From Minisyncoccota bacterium (lineage in GTDB: Bacteria > Patescibacteriota > Minisyncoccia > Minisyncoccales > Minisyncoccaceae), in contig JBAZNB010000003.1 of NCBI GenBank assembly GCA_041649435.1, positions 29,041-93,040 on the forward strand: a stretch of DNA of 64,000 nt. The letters run 5' to 3'. Shown here in pieces: positions 39,251 through 49,100 of the stretch; within the stretch, counting starts at the first letter, position 1; each line of letters starts with the position of its first letter. Below the pieces are notes generated by a model, which worked only from the letters and a program-made list of their open reading frames with translations, did not search any database and had not been told where the DNA came from. The translations under genes and the position numbers were made by a program.

Positions 39251-39257
39251 TTAAATT

Positions 39258-40604
39258 ATGAAAAAAACAATTATCAAAACAATATTATTAGTTTGTCTTT
39301 TTTGGCCAAAATCAGTTTTGGGAGCTTTGGAAAATATTTATCCCCCTATTCCGATTTCTTTGAATAAAACCTTAACAATTACTGCCAGCAGCAATGCGAC
39401 AGAATATCTTTTATATTTATTTGCTTTTTTTTCTGGCCTGGGCACAATTATTGCTTTAGGAGCCATGATTTGGGCTGGGGTAGAAATGATTCTTTCACAT
39501 GGCAATCCTCAAAAGTTTTCTGAGGCTAAATCCAAGGCTCAAAACGCTTTGATTGGACTATTAATTTTATTTGGAGCTTATCTTATTTTAAATGTTGTGA
39601 ATTCAGAAATAAAAAATGTAAAAGTAGAACAAATTGATTGCAATCAGGAGGATATTTGTGTTGCTCGTTATTTTTTGGGAAGTGAAAATCAAAAAATAAG
39701 CTATTCTTCGTCTCTTCCTGATAGTCCTAATTTAGATTTAAAATCAAATGAGGTAATGGTAATTAAAAGATTTAAAGGATTAAAAGAGATTTGGGGATTT
39801 CCTGAGCTTGATTTTCAAGGAACTCCGTTTTTAATTCAAGGATATCGAAACGACGATGAATCAGATTTGAATAATGATTTGCCAGCAGAAATAACCATTG
39901 ATAGTTCTGTTAAATCCGTTAGAGCCTATATTAAACAACCAGGAATATATTTATATGATGGATTAAATTATCAAGCTAGCAAGATCCCTCCCCTATTTTT
40001 AAGAAATAGCACTGTTGATTTGGGAGAATTTAAAAATAAAATAAAATCAATTCAAATTTTTAATGAACCAAATTTTAAATATTATGCTGTGGTTTTTGCC
40101 ATAGAAAAATATAATGATAGTTATGATTATAATTTTTATCCCCAATCTCCCAGCTCAGATTGCAGCGATGTGATTGAAGAAAGCGATTCGTCTTTTTCTG
40201 GGCCGAGCGGATCCATTTTAATTTTTAAGAGCTCGGATTCTTTTTTAGCAAAAAATCATAATCCAGGCATAACTTTTTATAATACTTTAAATTGCTATAT
40301 CCCACTGGGCTCGGTATCTGGTCAATTAAGCGAGTGTTCGGCCCCGTTTCAAGGATTATTTAAACTACAAACAATTCCAATTTCAAATTGCTCTGGAATA
40401 TCTGCTGGAGATGTTTTGTCTGTTAGACTCTCAGAAGAATCGGGAGTTTTGATGATTGCAGAATCATCTGGAAAAAGATATTGTAATTTTTTTGACATTG
40501 ATAGTGTAAATATTGTTAGTGGTAATTGTATCAGCGATAATATATTCTTTCGAAAAGCAGAAATTAATAATTTTATAATTATCCCTTATGAAAAAAAATT
40601 ATAA
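39258..40604 (+). CDS. secreted pilin-module fusion protein (paralog 2)
   Basis: 448 aa; ...SVLGALENIYP signal end, helix-loop-helix AGVEMILSHGNPQKFSEAKSKAQNALIGLLILFGAYLIL. C-terminal domain shares LKEIWGF / GIYLYD / FYNTLNC motifs with paralogs 3 and 4. Confidence 0.6.
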   Translation: MKKTIIKTILLVCLFWPKSVLGALENIYPPIPISLNKTLTITASSNATEYLLYLFAFFSGLGTIIALGAMIWAGVEMILSHGNPQKFSEAKSKAQNALIGLLILFGAYLILNVVNSEIKNVKVEQIDCNQEDICVARYFLGSENQKISYSSSLPDSPNLDLKSNEVMVIKRFKGLKEIWGFPELDFQGTPFLIQGYRNDDESDLNNDLPAEITIDSSVKSVRAYIKQPGIYLYDGLNYQASKIPPLFLRNSTVDLGEFKNKIKSIQIFNEPNFKYYAVVFAIEKYNDSYDYNFYPQSPSSDCSDVIEESDSSFSGPSGSILIFKSSDSFLAKNHNPGITFYNTLNCYIPLGSVSGQLSECSAPFQGLFKLQTIPISNCSGISAGDVLSVRLSEESGVLMIAESSGKRYCNFFDIDSVNIVSGNCISDNIFFRKAEINNFIIIPYEKKL

Positions 40605-40616
40605 TAAAAATATAAT

Positions 40617-41996
40617 ATGAAAAAATTATCAATAATTATTTTTACAGTACTTTTGTTTACGGGTTTTTTAATTCAACCCTGTTTTGCTTTAGAGATTCAA
40701 TATCCGGAAATAACCACCATAGATGGCCAAAAAATAACAATTACGGATGAATCTTCTCCAGACCAGTACGTAATTTATGTATTTTATATTTTAATAAGCC
40801 TGGGGGCAGTGATTGCTTTTATTGTTTTAGTAATGGCTGGATTTAATTTTTTAAACAGCGGAGGGTTGCCGACAAAAATAAGCTCTGCAAGAAATCAAGC
40901 TCTAGGCGCTTTTGTTGGACTTGTTGTTTTGTTCTCTTGCCATTTAATTCTAAATACAATTAATAAATCTTTAGTTAATACTCCTGTTAAAGCAATAGAC
41001 TGCAAAGATGTTCCAATTTGCGTAGCGTTTACTAGGATAGCAAACGAAAAATCGAAAACAACAGTGGAAATGGCTATTCAGACAGCTAATGATAATTTAT
41101 TGTTACAAGAAGGAGAAAGTATTGTTATTAAAAAGTATGATAATTTAAAAGAAATTTGGGGGTTTCTTGATTCAGGATTTAGAGGCACGCCAATTAAAAT
41201 TTTTCCTGATCCCAATAATCCAGAGGCAGAGGCAAAAGACTTGGCTCTTAGTCCTACAGCTGATGGCACAAATTTAAAATCTTATAAAATAATCGAAAAA
41301 AGAGAAGGAATTTATCTGTATGATAGACCCAATTTTGAAGTTGGTGATGGATCTATTGCCCCGTTTTTTTTAGCTGGCAATGTAAGCGATTTTTCTAAAA
41401 CCAATCCTGATTTTTTTCGTAAAACCCAATCAATTCAAGTAGTTGCTCCACGGTTTACTCCTGCCGATCCTGAAAATCAAGTTGGTCATTTGGGAACTAC
41501 ACCAGGAGCAGTATTTTTTTCTGAACCAGAATTTAGAGGAACATGTTTGGAGTTTTTTCCAACTGCGGGAACAGAAACTGGATTGAATGATTTAAATCAA
41601 GAAGGGCAATTAGGAAAACCATTAATCCCTTTTGGTTATAATGTAAGCTCGGCAATTACTTTTAAATATACTACAACTGGGAGTGCGGCAGTTAATGGGG
41701 TTGTTACTTTTTATAATACACTGAATTGTCAAAAAAATGAGGCTATTCCTGAACAAAAATCTTGTGAGCAAGAAATTTATGAAAATCCGTGGGGAATATA
41801 TTTAAACTCAGCTTGTGGGCAAGATTTTAAAATAAAATCATTTAAAATTAATGGTCCAGTAGGAGTGGTTTTAGTTGAAGGAAATAAATGCCAATATTTT
41901 GATAAAAAAGATTTTTGTTCAGGTAATTGTGTTTGTTCAATTTTAGAAACCAGTGTTAGTAATCCTGACATTTTCGAACTCTTGCCAATAGATTAA
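40617..41996 (+). CDS. secreted pilin-module fusion protein (paralog 3)
   Basis: 459 aa; CFALEIQYP, loop NSGGLPTKISSARNQA; motifs LKEIWGF, GIYLYD, FYNTLNC. Confidence 0.6.
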   Translation: MKKLSIIIFTVLLFTGFLIQPCFALEIQYPEITTIDGQKITITDESSPDQYVIYVFYILISLGAVIAFIVLVMAGFNFLNSGGLPTKISSARNQALGAFVGLVVLFSCHLILNTINKSLVNTPVKAIDCKDVPICVAFTRIANEKSKTTVEMAIQTANDNLLLQEGESIVIKKYDNLKEIWGFLDSGFRGTPIKIFPDPNNPEAEAKDLALSPTADGTNLKSYKIIEKREGIYLYDRPNFEVGDGSIAPFFLAGNVSDFSKTNPDFFRKTQSIQVVAPRFTPADPENQVGHLGTTPGAVFFSEPEFRGTCLEFFPTAGTETGLNDLNQEGQLGKPLIPFGYNVSSAITFKYTTTGSAAVNGVVTFYNTLNCQKNEAIPEQKSCEQEIYENPWGIYLNSACGQDFKIKSFKINGPVGVVLVEGNKCQYFDKKDFCSGNCVCSILETSVSNPDIFELLPID

Positions 41997-42000
41997 TTTT

Positions 42001-43311
42001 ATGAAAAAAAACATTTTATTATTTTTATTTATTTCAATTCTTTTTTGCGCTAATAGCGTTTTAGCTTTGGAAATTTCCTATCCCACAATCGGTGGAGTAT
42101 CTTTGCCTCCTAATCCTACGTTTACAAATTATTTTATTTATTTTTTTAATTTTGCTTTATTCGTTGGAATGGTGGCGGCTAGTTTTGTTTTGATTTTTGG
42201 AGCAATATCATATTTTCTTTCTAAAGGAGAAATTGGGAAAATAGAAAAAGCAAAAAGAGAAATCATAAGGTCTTTTATCGGGCTTGTTGTTTTATTTGGA
42301 TCAGTAATGATATTAAATACGATTAATTCTGGAATTAATAAAAATACTTTAGAAAGTTTGAACCCTGAAAAATATTCTGGAGGAATAATTTTACAATATG
42401 AAAACGGCCGAGAACAAAACATTGCTGGCGACATGACCGAAACGCCTTATAATGTAGGCGGAATTAAATGGCTTTCCGCAGAATCGGAATTACCGAGAAT
42501 ATTTGTTTTTCCGCAAAAAGATTTTTCTGGCAACCCCCAAGAAATTATGAACGGAAACAGTGTTTTTATTGCTAAAGGAAGTTCAATTTCTTTTGATTGG
42601 CAACGTCCCGGAGTTTATCTTTATAATGCGCTTGATTATCAGTTAGAAAACAGAAGGTCGCCATTATATTTATTAAATAGCCAGCCAGCCTTAGGAAATA
42701 ATGGATTTGATAAAAAAACCGCTTCGATAAAAATAGTTCAGCCTTCGGAAAAAGGATTTGTAAAATACGGAGCCGTGCTTTTTTCCGGGGATAATTATAC
42801 TGGAAAATGTTCTTGGGTAATGAATGATTTGCCAAATATTAATGAAGTTAGTCAGAGCAATCCTGAAGAAAATAGTGTTCGAATTAACGAAAGCGATGAG
42901 TTTTCTGGCATTGGCCAAGTATCTTCAATTTATGTTTTAAAAATTGATCCCGCCACTCCCCTTTCCGAGGTCGTGCTTTATAATGGTACAAATTGCGAAT
43001 CAAAAGATTCTATTTGGAATGATGCCACCAAATCATTTCTTGAGCCGAATTATTGCGTTGTTCCAGAATATCAAAAAGAATTTAAATTTGAAATTTGCGA
43101 AACAATGCCTCAAAACGGAGATACTATTTTATCAGCGAAAATAAGCGAAGGTGCTGTTTTATTATTAAAAGACAAAGAAGGAAATTGCCAACTATTCAGG
43201 AAGCAAGGACTAAGCAATTGTATTACTTCTATTACTTATGGGAAGGTTTATGATATAGAAAATAGAGAAAAGACAAAACCTTTATATTTTACGATTTTAC
43301 CGGGTAAATAA
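42001..43311 (+). CDS. secreted pilin-module fusion protein (paralog 4)
   Basis: 436 aa; SVLALEISYP, loop SKGEIGKIEKAKREI; motifs GVYLYN, LYNGTNC. Confidence 0.6.
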   Translation: MKKNILLFLFISILFCANSVLALEISYPTIGGVSLPPNPTFTNYFIYFFNFALFVGMVAASFVLIFGAISYFLSKGEIGKIEKAKREIIRSFIGLVVLFGSVMILNTINSGINKNTLESLNPEKYSGGIILQYENGREQNIAGDMTETPYNVGGIKWLSAESELPRIFVFPQKDFSGNPQEIMNGNSVFIAKGSSISFDWQRPGVYLYNALDYQLENRRSPLYLLNSQPALGNNGFDKKTASIKIVQPSEKGFVKYGAVLFSGDNYTGKCSWVMNDLPNINEVSQSNPEENSVRINESDEFSGIGQVSSIYVLKIDPATPLSEVVLYNGTNCESKDSIWNDATKSFLEPNYCVVPEYQKEFKFEICETMPQNGDTILSAKISEGAVLLLKDKEGNCQLFRKQGLSNCITSITYGKVYDIENREKTKPLYFTILPGK

Positions 43312-44152
43312 TTTTAACTAAATTTTCCCACTCCTCTACTGATAAAGACTCTGCTCGGCGCAAATGATTAAAACCGTTTTCATTTAAGCGGTTTTTTAGT
43401 CTTTCTTTGTTTATTTTTAAACCCAATGACAAATTATTTAATAATTGTTTCCGCGGAGAGGAAAACCCAGCCTTAATGATTTTAAAAAAAACTTGGGCTT
43501 CTGGAGAATAAGATTTTTTAGTTTCTAAATTGATGATAGCGCTATCTATTTTCGGTCTTGGCCAAAAGCAGTTTTTAGAGACATAAAATAATATTTTTGG
43601 ATTGGCGTAATATTGGACTGCCGCAGAAAGCAGGCTCATTTTGGGCGGAGCAGCAACAATTCTTTGAGCTACTTCTTTTTGAATCATTAAAGTAATGTTT
43701 TCTGGCTGTGGATTGGATTCTAAAAGAAGCCGAATTAATGGACCGGTAAGATAATATGGGATATTGGCAATAACCCGATAATGCCGGCCTAATTTTTTGA
43801 TTGCCTCTGATTCTTTCCCTTGTTTTAATTCTTTAATAATATCAGAATTAAAAATTTCGATATTATTAATTTTTAAATTTTGGATTGTTTTTTTCAGCTC
43901 TTGGCTAAGATTATCATCTTTTTCAATTGCAATTACTTTATTAGCATAATAGGCAAGCAAAAAAGTTAAAGCTCCTTGGCCTGGTCCAACCTCTAAAATA
44001 TTATCATTTTTAGTAATTCCAGCCGAGGCGATTATCTTATTAATAATGTTTTTATCTTGTAAAAAGTTTTGGCCAAGTGATTTTTTAGGCAAAATTAGGC
44101 TCGCAGAGCCCTTATTAAAGAACATTTTTTCAGTGGAAAAATTGCTTGACAT
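43289..44152 (-). CDS. rsmA: 16S rRNA (adenine1518/1519-N6) dimethyltransferase
   Basis: SAM motif ILEVGPGQGALT and catalytic NIPYY region. Confidence 0.85.
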   Translation of the reverse strand: MSSNFSTEKMFFNKGSASLILPKKSLGQNFLQDKNIINKIIASAGITKNDNILEVGPGQGALTFLLAYYANKVIAIEKDDNLSQELKKTIQNLKINNIEIFNSDIIKELKQGKESEAIKKLGRHYRVIANIPYYLTGPLIRLLLESNPQPENITLMIQKEVAQRIVAAPPKMSLLSAAVQYYANPKILFYVSKNCFWPRPKIDSAIINLETKKSYSPEAQVFFKIIKAGFSSPRKQLLNNLSLGLKINKERLKNRLNENGFNHLRRAESLSVEEWENLVKIIYPVKS

Positions 44153-44295
44153 GGGCTTAAAACAAGGTAAACTTAATAATACGTAGAAAGCATTGATTTA
44201 ATGGTGAGAAATTATTATTTTATTTTTCAAGGCTTATTTTAAAGAAATTCCAAAAAATATCTTTTGCGCTGAAAATCCTTAAAAAATCAGGATTA

Positions 44296-45369
44296 GTGAA
44301 ATATTTAAAAACCCCAAAGGGCCGATTTTTTTGTTTAATTGTCTTGACTTTATCAGTTTGGGGTCTTTTTGCTATTTTGCCCTTAAATAAAGAACAGGCT
44401 AATATTTTTGCTAAATCTTATAATAATTTTACCAATATTGAACCAGGAACACAAGCAGTGCCAAGCCTGATTATCGGGGGAAATAGTATTGTTAGCGCAG
44501 TGCCATCCCCTGTTTTTATTTCTTCTCAAAATTTAGGAGTATTACTAGTTGATGACACCAGCTCAGGAGATTCCAAATCTATTATTAAATATATAGTAGA
44601 AAAAGGAGAGACCCTTTCTGAAATTGCGGATAAATTCAATATTTCGATAGATACTATTCTTTTAACAAACGAATTAACAAGCAGTCGAATCGTTCCTGGC
44701 CAAGAATTAATGATTTTGCCTGTAAATGGCATAATGCATATGGTAGAAAAGGGAGAAACAGTAAAGTCTTTAGCTTTAACCTATAAAGCAAATGAAGAAG
44801 AAATTATTAATTTTAATGATTTATCAGAAAACGGAGATATTTACGTGGGAGATATATTAATCATTCCTGGAGGAAAAATGCCGATTAAGCAAGTGGCTAA
44901 ACCACAAGTCAAAGATGTTTCTGGAGCAGGCTCAAACTCGCAAATAACTTTATCTGATTCTTATTTTATTGTTCCGGCCGTGGGAAAGATTTCTCAAGGA
45001 GCTCATTTCTCTTATATTTCTAATGGCCGAAGCTATTATAATGCTATAGATATTAGTAATGTTATTGGAACGCCGATTTTAGCAGCCGCTGGAGGAGAAA
45101 TTCAAATCATGAAAAATGTTTGGCCTTATGGAAATTATATTACAATTGCTCATCCAAATGGCGTTGTAACCCTGTATGCCCATTTAAATTCGTTTGCCAA
45201 AGGATTAACTATAGGATCAACAGTTACCCAGGGCCAGATTATTGGATATATGGGCAATACGGGAAGAGTTATCAGTTTGGGAGGAAATGGATCCCATTTG
45301 CATTTTGATGTAAGAGGAACAACCAATCCTTTAACTAAATATAGAACAGGAACGAAAGTTTCTTACTAA
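44296..45369 (+). CDS. LysM-domain M23 family peptidase
   Basis: Signal/TM, two LysM repeats (YIVEKGETLSEIADKFNIS... ; HMVEKGETVKSLALTY...), and C-terminal M23 motifs (HxxxD region ...; GNGSHLHFDV). Confidence 0.8.
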   Translation: MKYLKTPKGRFFCLIVLTLSVWGLFAILPLNKEQANIFAKSYNNFTNIEPGTQAVPSLIIGGNSIVSAVPSPVFISSQNLGVLLVDDTSSGDSKSIIKYIVEKGETLSEIADKFNISIDTILLTNELTSSRIVPGQELMILPVNGIMHMVEKGETVKSLALTYKANEEEIINFNDLSENGDIYVGDILIIPGGKMPIKQVAKPQVKDVSGAGSNSQITLSDSYFIVPAVGKISQGAHFSYISNGRSYYNAIDISNVIGTPILAAAGGEIQIMKNVWPYGNYITIAHPNGVVTLYAHLNSFAKGLTIGSTVTQGQIIGYMGNTGRVISLGGNGSHLHFDVRGTTNPLTKYRTGTKVSY

Positions 45370-45379
45370 AAAGAAAAAA

Positions 45380-45407
45380 ACAAGCGCCTTCTGAGGCGTT
45401 TTTTTAT
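45380..45407. terminator. bidirectional rho-independent terminator
   Basis: cgcct-tctg-aggcg hairpin followed by ttttttt. Confidence 0.55.
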
Positions 45408-46007
45408 TTTTTCCGATACATTAAAGCTTCGGAAATATGGGAAAAAAGAATTTTTTCTGAAGAATCCAAATCAGCAATAGTTCGAGCTACTTTTAAAACT
45501 CGATGATAGGCTCTGGGAGAAAGCTTACCAGAATCAACAGCTTGTTTTAAGAGACTTTTTGAATCATTATCAAAACTGCAAAAAGTTTTTATTTCCGGAA
45601 TTTGCATTTCTGAATTTTTTAATATTTTTAAAGATTTAAATCTATCGGCTTGAATTTTTCGAGCAGTTTTTATTTTTTCTTTTAATTCTTTTTCTAAAGA
45701 TTTATTTTCTTCAGCATTTAATTTGTCAAAATTTATCCGAGGAACATTAATAAACATATCAATTCTGTCCATTAAGGGGCCTGATAATTTTCGGCGATAC
45801 ATTTGAATTTGAGAGGCAGAACAAGTGCAAGCTTTTTCTGGATCTCCATAATAGCCGCAAGGGCAAGGATTGGCCGTGGCAATTAAAATAAATTGTGCCG
45901 GAAAGCTTATTTTTGTTTTTGCTCTTAAAATATTTATTTGGCCTTCTTCTAATGGCTGTCTTAAAGATTCTAAAACATCTCGGTGGAATTCCGGCAATTC
46001 ATCTAAA
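45404..46007 (-). pseudogene. comM: comM/yifB (Mg-chelatase-like AAA+ ATPase) 3' fragment, severed by element insertion
   Basis: The frame reads ...LDELPEFHRDVLESLRQPLEEGQINILRA...ATANPCPCGYYG, the conserved ComM/YifB C-terminal half. An in-frame stop lies immediately upstream at 46019-46021, inside element DNA. Confidence 0.8.
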
Positions 46008-47717
46008 GTTATTGTCCCTCAATAACTGATTACCCTCTGATATTGTGAGACCGACGTTAGCGTTGTTGTCCCACAATACTGGACTGGCCACTCCCACTAA
46101 GGCCGCTAAACCGTGAGAATTGGCTTGTTTTTCGGCATTAAAGTTCAATTCCACCTCGGCCTCTGCCTTTTTAGGATACACGATAACTCTTTTTACGAGA
46201 AGCCTTAGCGCCTCCTGTTGCTCGTCATAGGTCAGGCTATCCAGTTTTTTTGCCAGTCTTGCGTACTGACTTTCTATTAATTCGGCCATTTTCTTTACAC
46301 CCTTTCGATCAAGTAGCCTGCGCTCAAGTCTCATTTTATCTTGTCTCAATTTATCCTCTTGCTCGCGACACTCTGTAACTGATTTTTTATAGTTTTCGTG
46401 GTCCATTCCCTCATCCTCCGAATAAATTTGACCGAGGCGGTACCTTTTTAATGTGAGTGACTTCAGGCTTTTATCAATTTGTTGTAAACGTTCCTCGGTG
46501 TCGTCCTTTGATATTCTTTCCTCATTGTATTTCCTTAGGCGCTCAAGTGTCAGCTCGGGCTTTTTGAGAATGTCTTTTATTTTATCCCAAATTGGGTAGA
46601 GGCGCGTTTCTGCTATCTGCTCACAAGCCGGGCACCTTTGCGTTGTACCGACTTCCATTTTGGTACACATTCCGTGGTAGTATTTTGATCCGTTGTTTCC
46701 GTCTTTCTTTGGTGGCTGGTATCCACCGAATAGCTTAAAACCACAGCTTCCGCAATAAATAATTTTTGAAAATAAATAATTTCTTTTCTGATTTCTCTTT
46801 GAAAATTCCCTGTTCCTCAAAAGCTGTTGAGTGCAGGCGTCAAAAACTTCCCTCGGTACAATTTCCGGTACTTTAATTTCTACCCATCCTGCGCGGTCTC
46901 TTAAAAGGTTCTCGTCAATCAAACTGGTCAAATTATTAAAAGGTCTTTTGTATTTTCGGTAGTAGGCGCTCCCTGTGTAAGTTTCGTTAGTTACAATTCT
47001 GCCAAGTGTTCTTTTATGCCAAACGTTTAATGTGTCTTTTTTGGACACCTTTCTACGTGGCAGGGGTATTTTCATACTATTTGCTCTTTTTTGTACTTCC
47101 CGAAGCGACAAGCGATCCTCTACAATCCAACGAAAAAATGTTTTAACCCATTTCGCTTCCTCGGGTACTACTTTCAATTTTTGAGTTTCGTCGTCTACTC
47201 TGTAACCATAAGGTGGAACGCCTGTTACCCATTTTCCGTCTTTAGCGGCTGAAATTCTGCCATTCGTTGTTCTCTCTCGGATCGTGTCTCTTTCCATCTC
47301 AGCGATAATTGAAAGAAAGCCAACCATTCCTTTCCCGTACACAGTGGTTGTATCAAATGATTCAGTTACTGATTTGAATTCCATTTTCCATTCGCGGAAT
47401 TCTTTTAGGGTGTTTAATAAAAGAGTGGCGTCTCTGAAAAGTCTATCAAGTCTATAAACAAGAATGATATCAAACTCGCGGTTTTTCGCGTCTGCAAATA
47501 ATTTTAATGCCCCGGGCCGTTCTGATGCTGATAATGAGCCGGAAAAACCCTCATCGCGATAAATGTGTTTTTCGTCGAGGGTGTAGTCGTTTGCAATAGC
47601 AAACGCTTTTAATTTTTCCTCTTGAACAGCAAGCCCGTACCCAGTTGTGGCCTGCTCATTGGTGGATACTCTTAAATAAATTGCGGCTCTTAGTCTTTTG
47701 TTTGGTGTGTTGTTCAT
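45999..47717 (-). CDS. large serine recombinase (integrase)
   Basis: 572 aa; resolvase catalytic domain with AAIYLRVSTNEQ (nucleophile Ser), recombinase domain, Cys-rich zinc ribbon (CGSCG...CPAC), and C-terminal coiled-coil. Confidence 0.85.
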   Translation of the reverse strand: MNNTPNKRLRAAIYLRVSTNEQATTGYGLAVQEEKLKAFAIANDYTLDEKHIYRDEGFSGSLSASERPGALKLFADAKNREFDIILVYRLDRLFRDATLLLNTLKEFREWKMEFKSVTESFDTTTVYGKGMVGFLSIIAEMERDTIRERTTNGRISAAKDGKWVTGVPPYGYRVDDETQKLKVVPEEAKWVKTFFRWIVEDRLSLREVQKRANSMKIPLPRRKVSKKDTLNVWHKRTLGRIVTNETYTGSAYYRKYKRPFNNLTSLIDENLLRDRAGWVEIKVPEIVPREVFDACTQQLLRNREFSKRNQKRNYLFSKIIYCGSCGFKLFGGYQPPKKDGNNGSKYYHGMCTKMEVGTTQRCPACEQIAETRLYPIWDKIKDILKKPELTLERLRKYNEERISKDDTEERLQQIDKSLKSLTLKRYRLGQIYSEDEGMDHENYKKSVTECREQEDKLRQDKMRLERRLLDRKGVKKMAELIESQYARLAKKLDSLTYDEQQEALRLLVKRVIVYPKKAEAEVELNFNAEKQANSHGLAALVGVASPVLWDNNANVGLTISEGNQLLRDNNFR

Positions 47718-47798
47718 AATTTTAGTTTAATTTTAATAATAATTTGTGGATGATGTCCCTACTACACATATGCCAATTAAATCGATATAAGTAAAGCG

Positions 47799-48503
47799 TC
47801 ATTTGCAGAATTTGTCGTATTTGCCGGGAGTGACGGGAATATAGTTTGAAAATTTTGTTTGATTATTGTTTCCTTTTTGGGATTCTCGGTGATTTTTAAT
47901 AAAAATGCGAAGTGCGGCGTTGTAGTTCTCATAAGTTTTCCCGGTTGTTTTGCAGTAATTTATTAAATCGTCAATTTTTCTTAAAATAAATTGTTCGGAC
48001 ACTTTGTACTTGCTTACTAATTCGGCCATATCGTCTGCCGGTATTTTTTCAAGGTAATTAACAGACGACCTCTCGACTTTTTCTTGTAATTTATATATAC
48101 CCTTGATCTTACTTGGGTTGAGTTTAATTTTAGTTGAGTTAGTAGCTATCTCCTGCCCCGTGGTTTGGGCATCGTTTGCCCCATATGGGTCATCGGCTGA
48201 CCTATTACTTTTTTTATTTTTTATGATTAAAATTTGGTACAAGTTTGAATAGTTTTTCCCGTCACAACTTTTTCTTATTGTCTTTTTTACAAACCCCATT
48301 TCTTCAAGACGTGCTATCCGTTTCTTGACGGTGTTTTTACAAACACGCGATAAGCGTGCGAGCGTATTAATGCTTGGGTAACATTGCCCGTTTTTATCTG
48401 AGAAGTCACAAATCCAAAAGAAAATACTTTGACTGATTGCATCTGTTTCTTTCAGTTTTTCTTTGTTTGGTATAACGAGGAAAGAGCCCTTTTCGTATTT
48501 CAT
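47799..48503 (-). CDS. HTH (winged-helix, replication-initiator/regulator-like) protein
   Basis: 234 aa; CYPSINTLARLSRVCKNTVKKRIARLEEMGFV is a typical phage/plasmid replication-protein wHTH. Confidence 0.4.
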   Translation of the reverse strand: MKYEKGSFLVIPNKEKLKETDAISQSIFFWICDFSDKNGQCYPSINTLARLSRVCKNTVKKRIARLEEMGFVKKTIRKSCDGKNYSNLYQILIIKNKKSNRSADDPYGANDAQTTGQEIATNSTKIKLNPSKIKGIYKLQEKVERSSVNYLEKIPADDMAELVSKYKVSEQFILRKIDDLINYCKTTGKTYENYNAALRIFIKNHRESQKGNNNQTKFSNYIPVTPGKYDKFCK

Positions 48504-48691
48504 AACTCTTTTGGGTCCGTTGTTACGGCACTTGGGTTTTTCTCGACCTTTTGTATTTCTGCTGATGGTTGATCGTCTTGTTCGTTAAGAACACTGTCAA
48601 AAAATGCAAACAATACTTTGTATGATTCTTTTTCGTCGACAGTTTGTGCCGAGAAATTTACTGAAACTGGTTGTTTGCATTTAGTGTCCAT
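48500..48691 (-). CDS. hypothetical protein
   Basis: 63 aa ORF inside the element; coding status uncertain. Confidence 0.2.
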   Translation of the reverse strand: MDTKCKQPVSVNFSAQTVDEKESYKVLFAFFDSVLNEQDDQPSAEIQKVEKNPSAVTTDPKEL

Positions 48692-48693
48692 AT

Positions 48694-48966
48694 TTATTCG
48701 CTGTAAATGCGGTTTTTCAACATTTTTATGTTGTCAAAAAACGATCTCGCTCCGACCTTTGTTTTTCCGGTCCAGTAACCGTCGGCGACCTTTTCTATGT
48801 CTTTTGCACGATTAAAAATAAACTGGACTTTTCTTGGATTTGTTTTATCCAGTCCAATTAATTCAAAACCGGCCGTAACAAGTAATGCGGCGGCTCCTAA
48901 ATCAAATGTGTACAGACGGTTTCCGTCCCCTTTGTCGATGTTTTGTTGTTCTTGATTGATTTTCAT
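48694..48966 (-). CDS. hypothetical protein
   Basis: 90 aa with no recognisable motif. Confidence 0.3.
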   Translation of the reverse strand: MKINQEQQNIDKGDGNRLYTFDLGAAALLVTAGFELIGLDKTNPRKVQFIFNRAKDIEKVADGYWTGKTKVGARSFFDNIKMLKNRIYSE

Positions 48967-49100
48967 AATTATTTTGATTAATTTTTTGCGCCCGACTTTG
49001 CACGTAAAACAAAAAAGACTACTTATGTGTGTAGTCTATGCTTTGAGCCTGTGGACGGCCGTGACTTTTTTCGGACGGTTTCGGGCGAGCTAAAGTCTTA

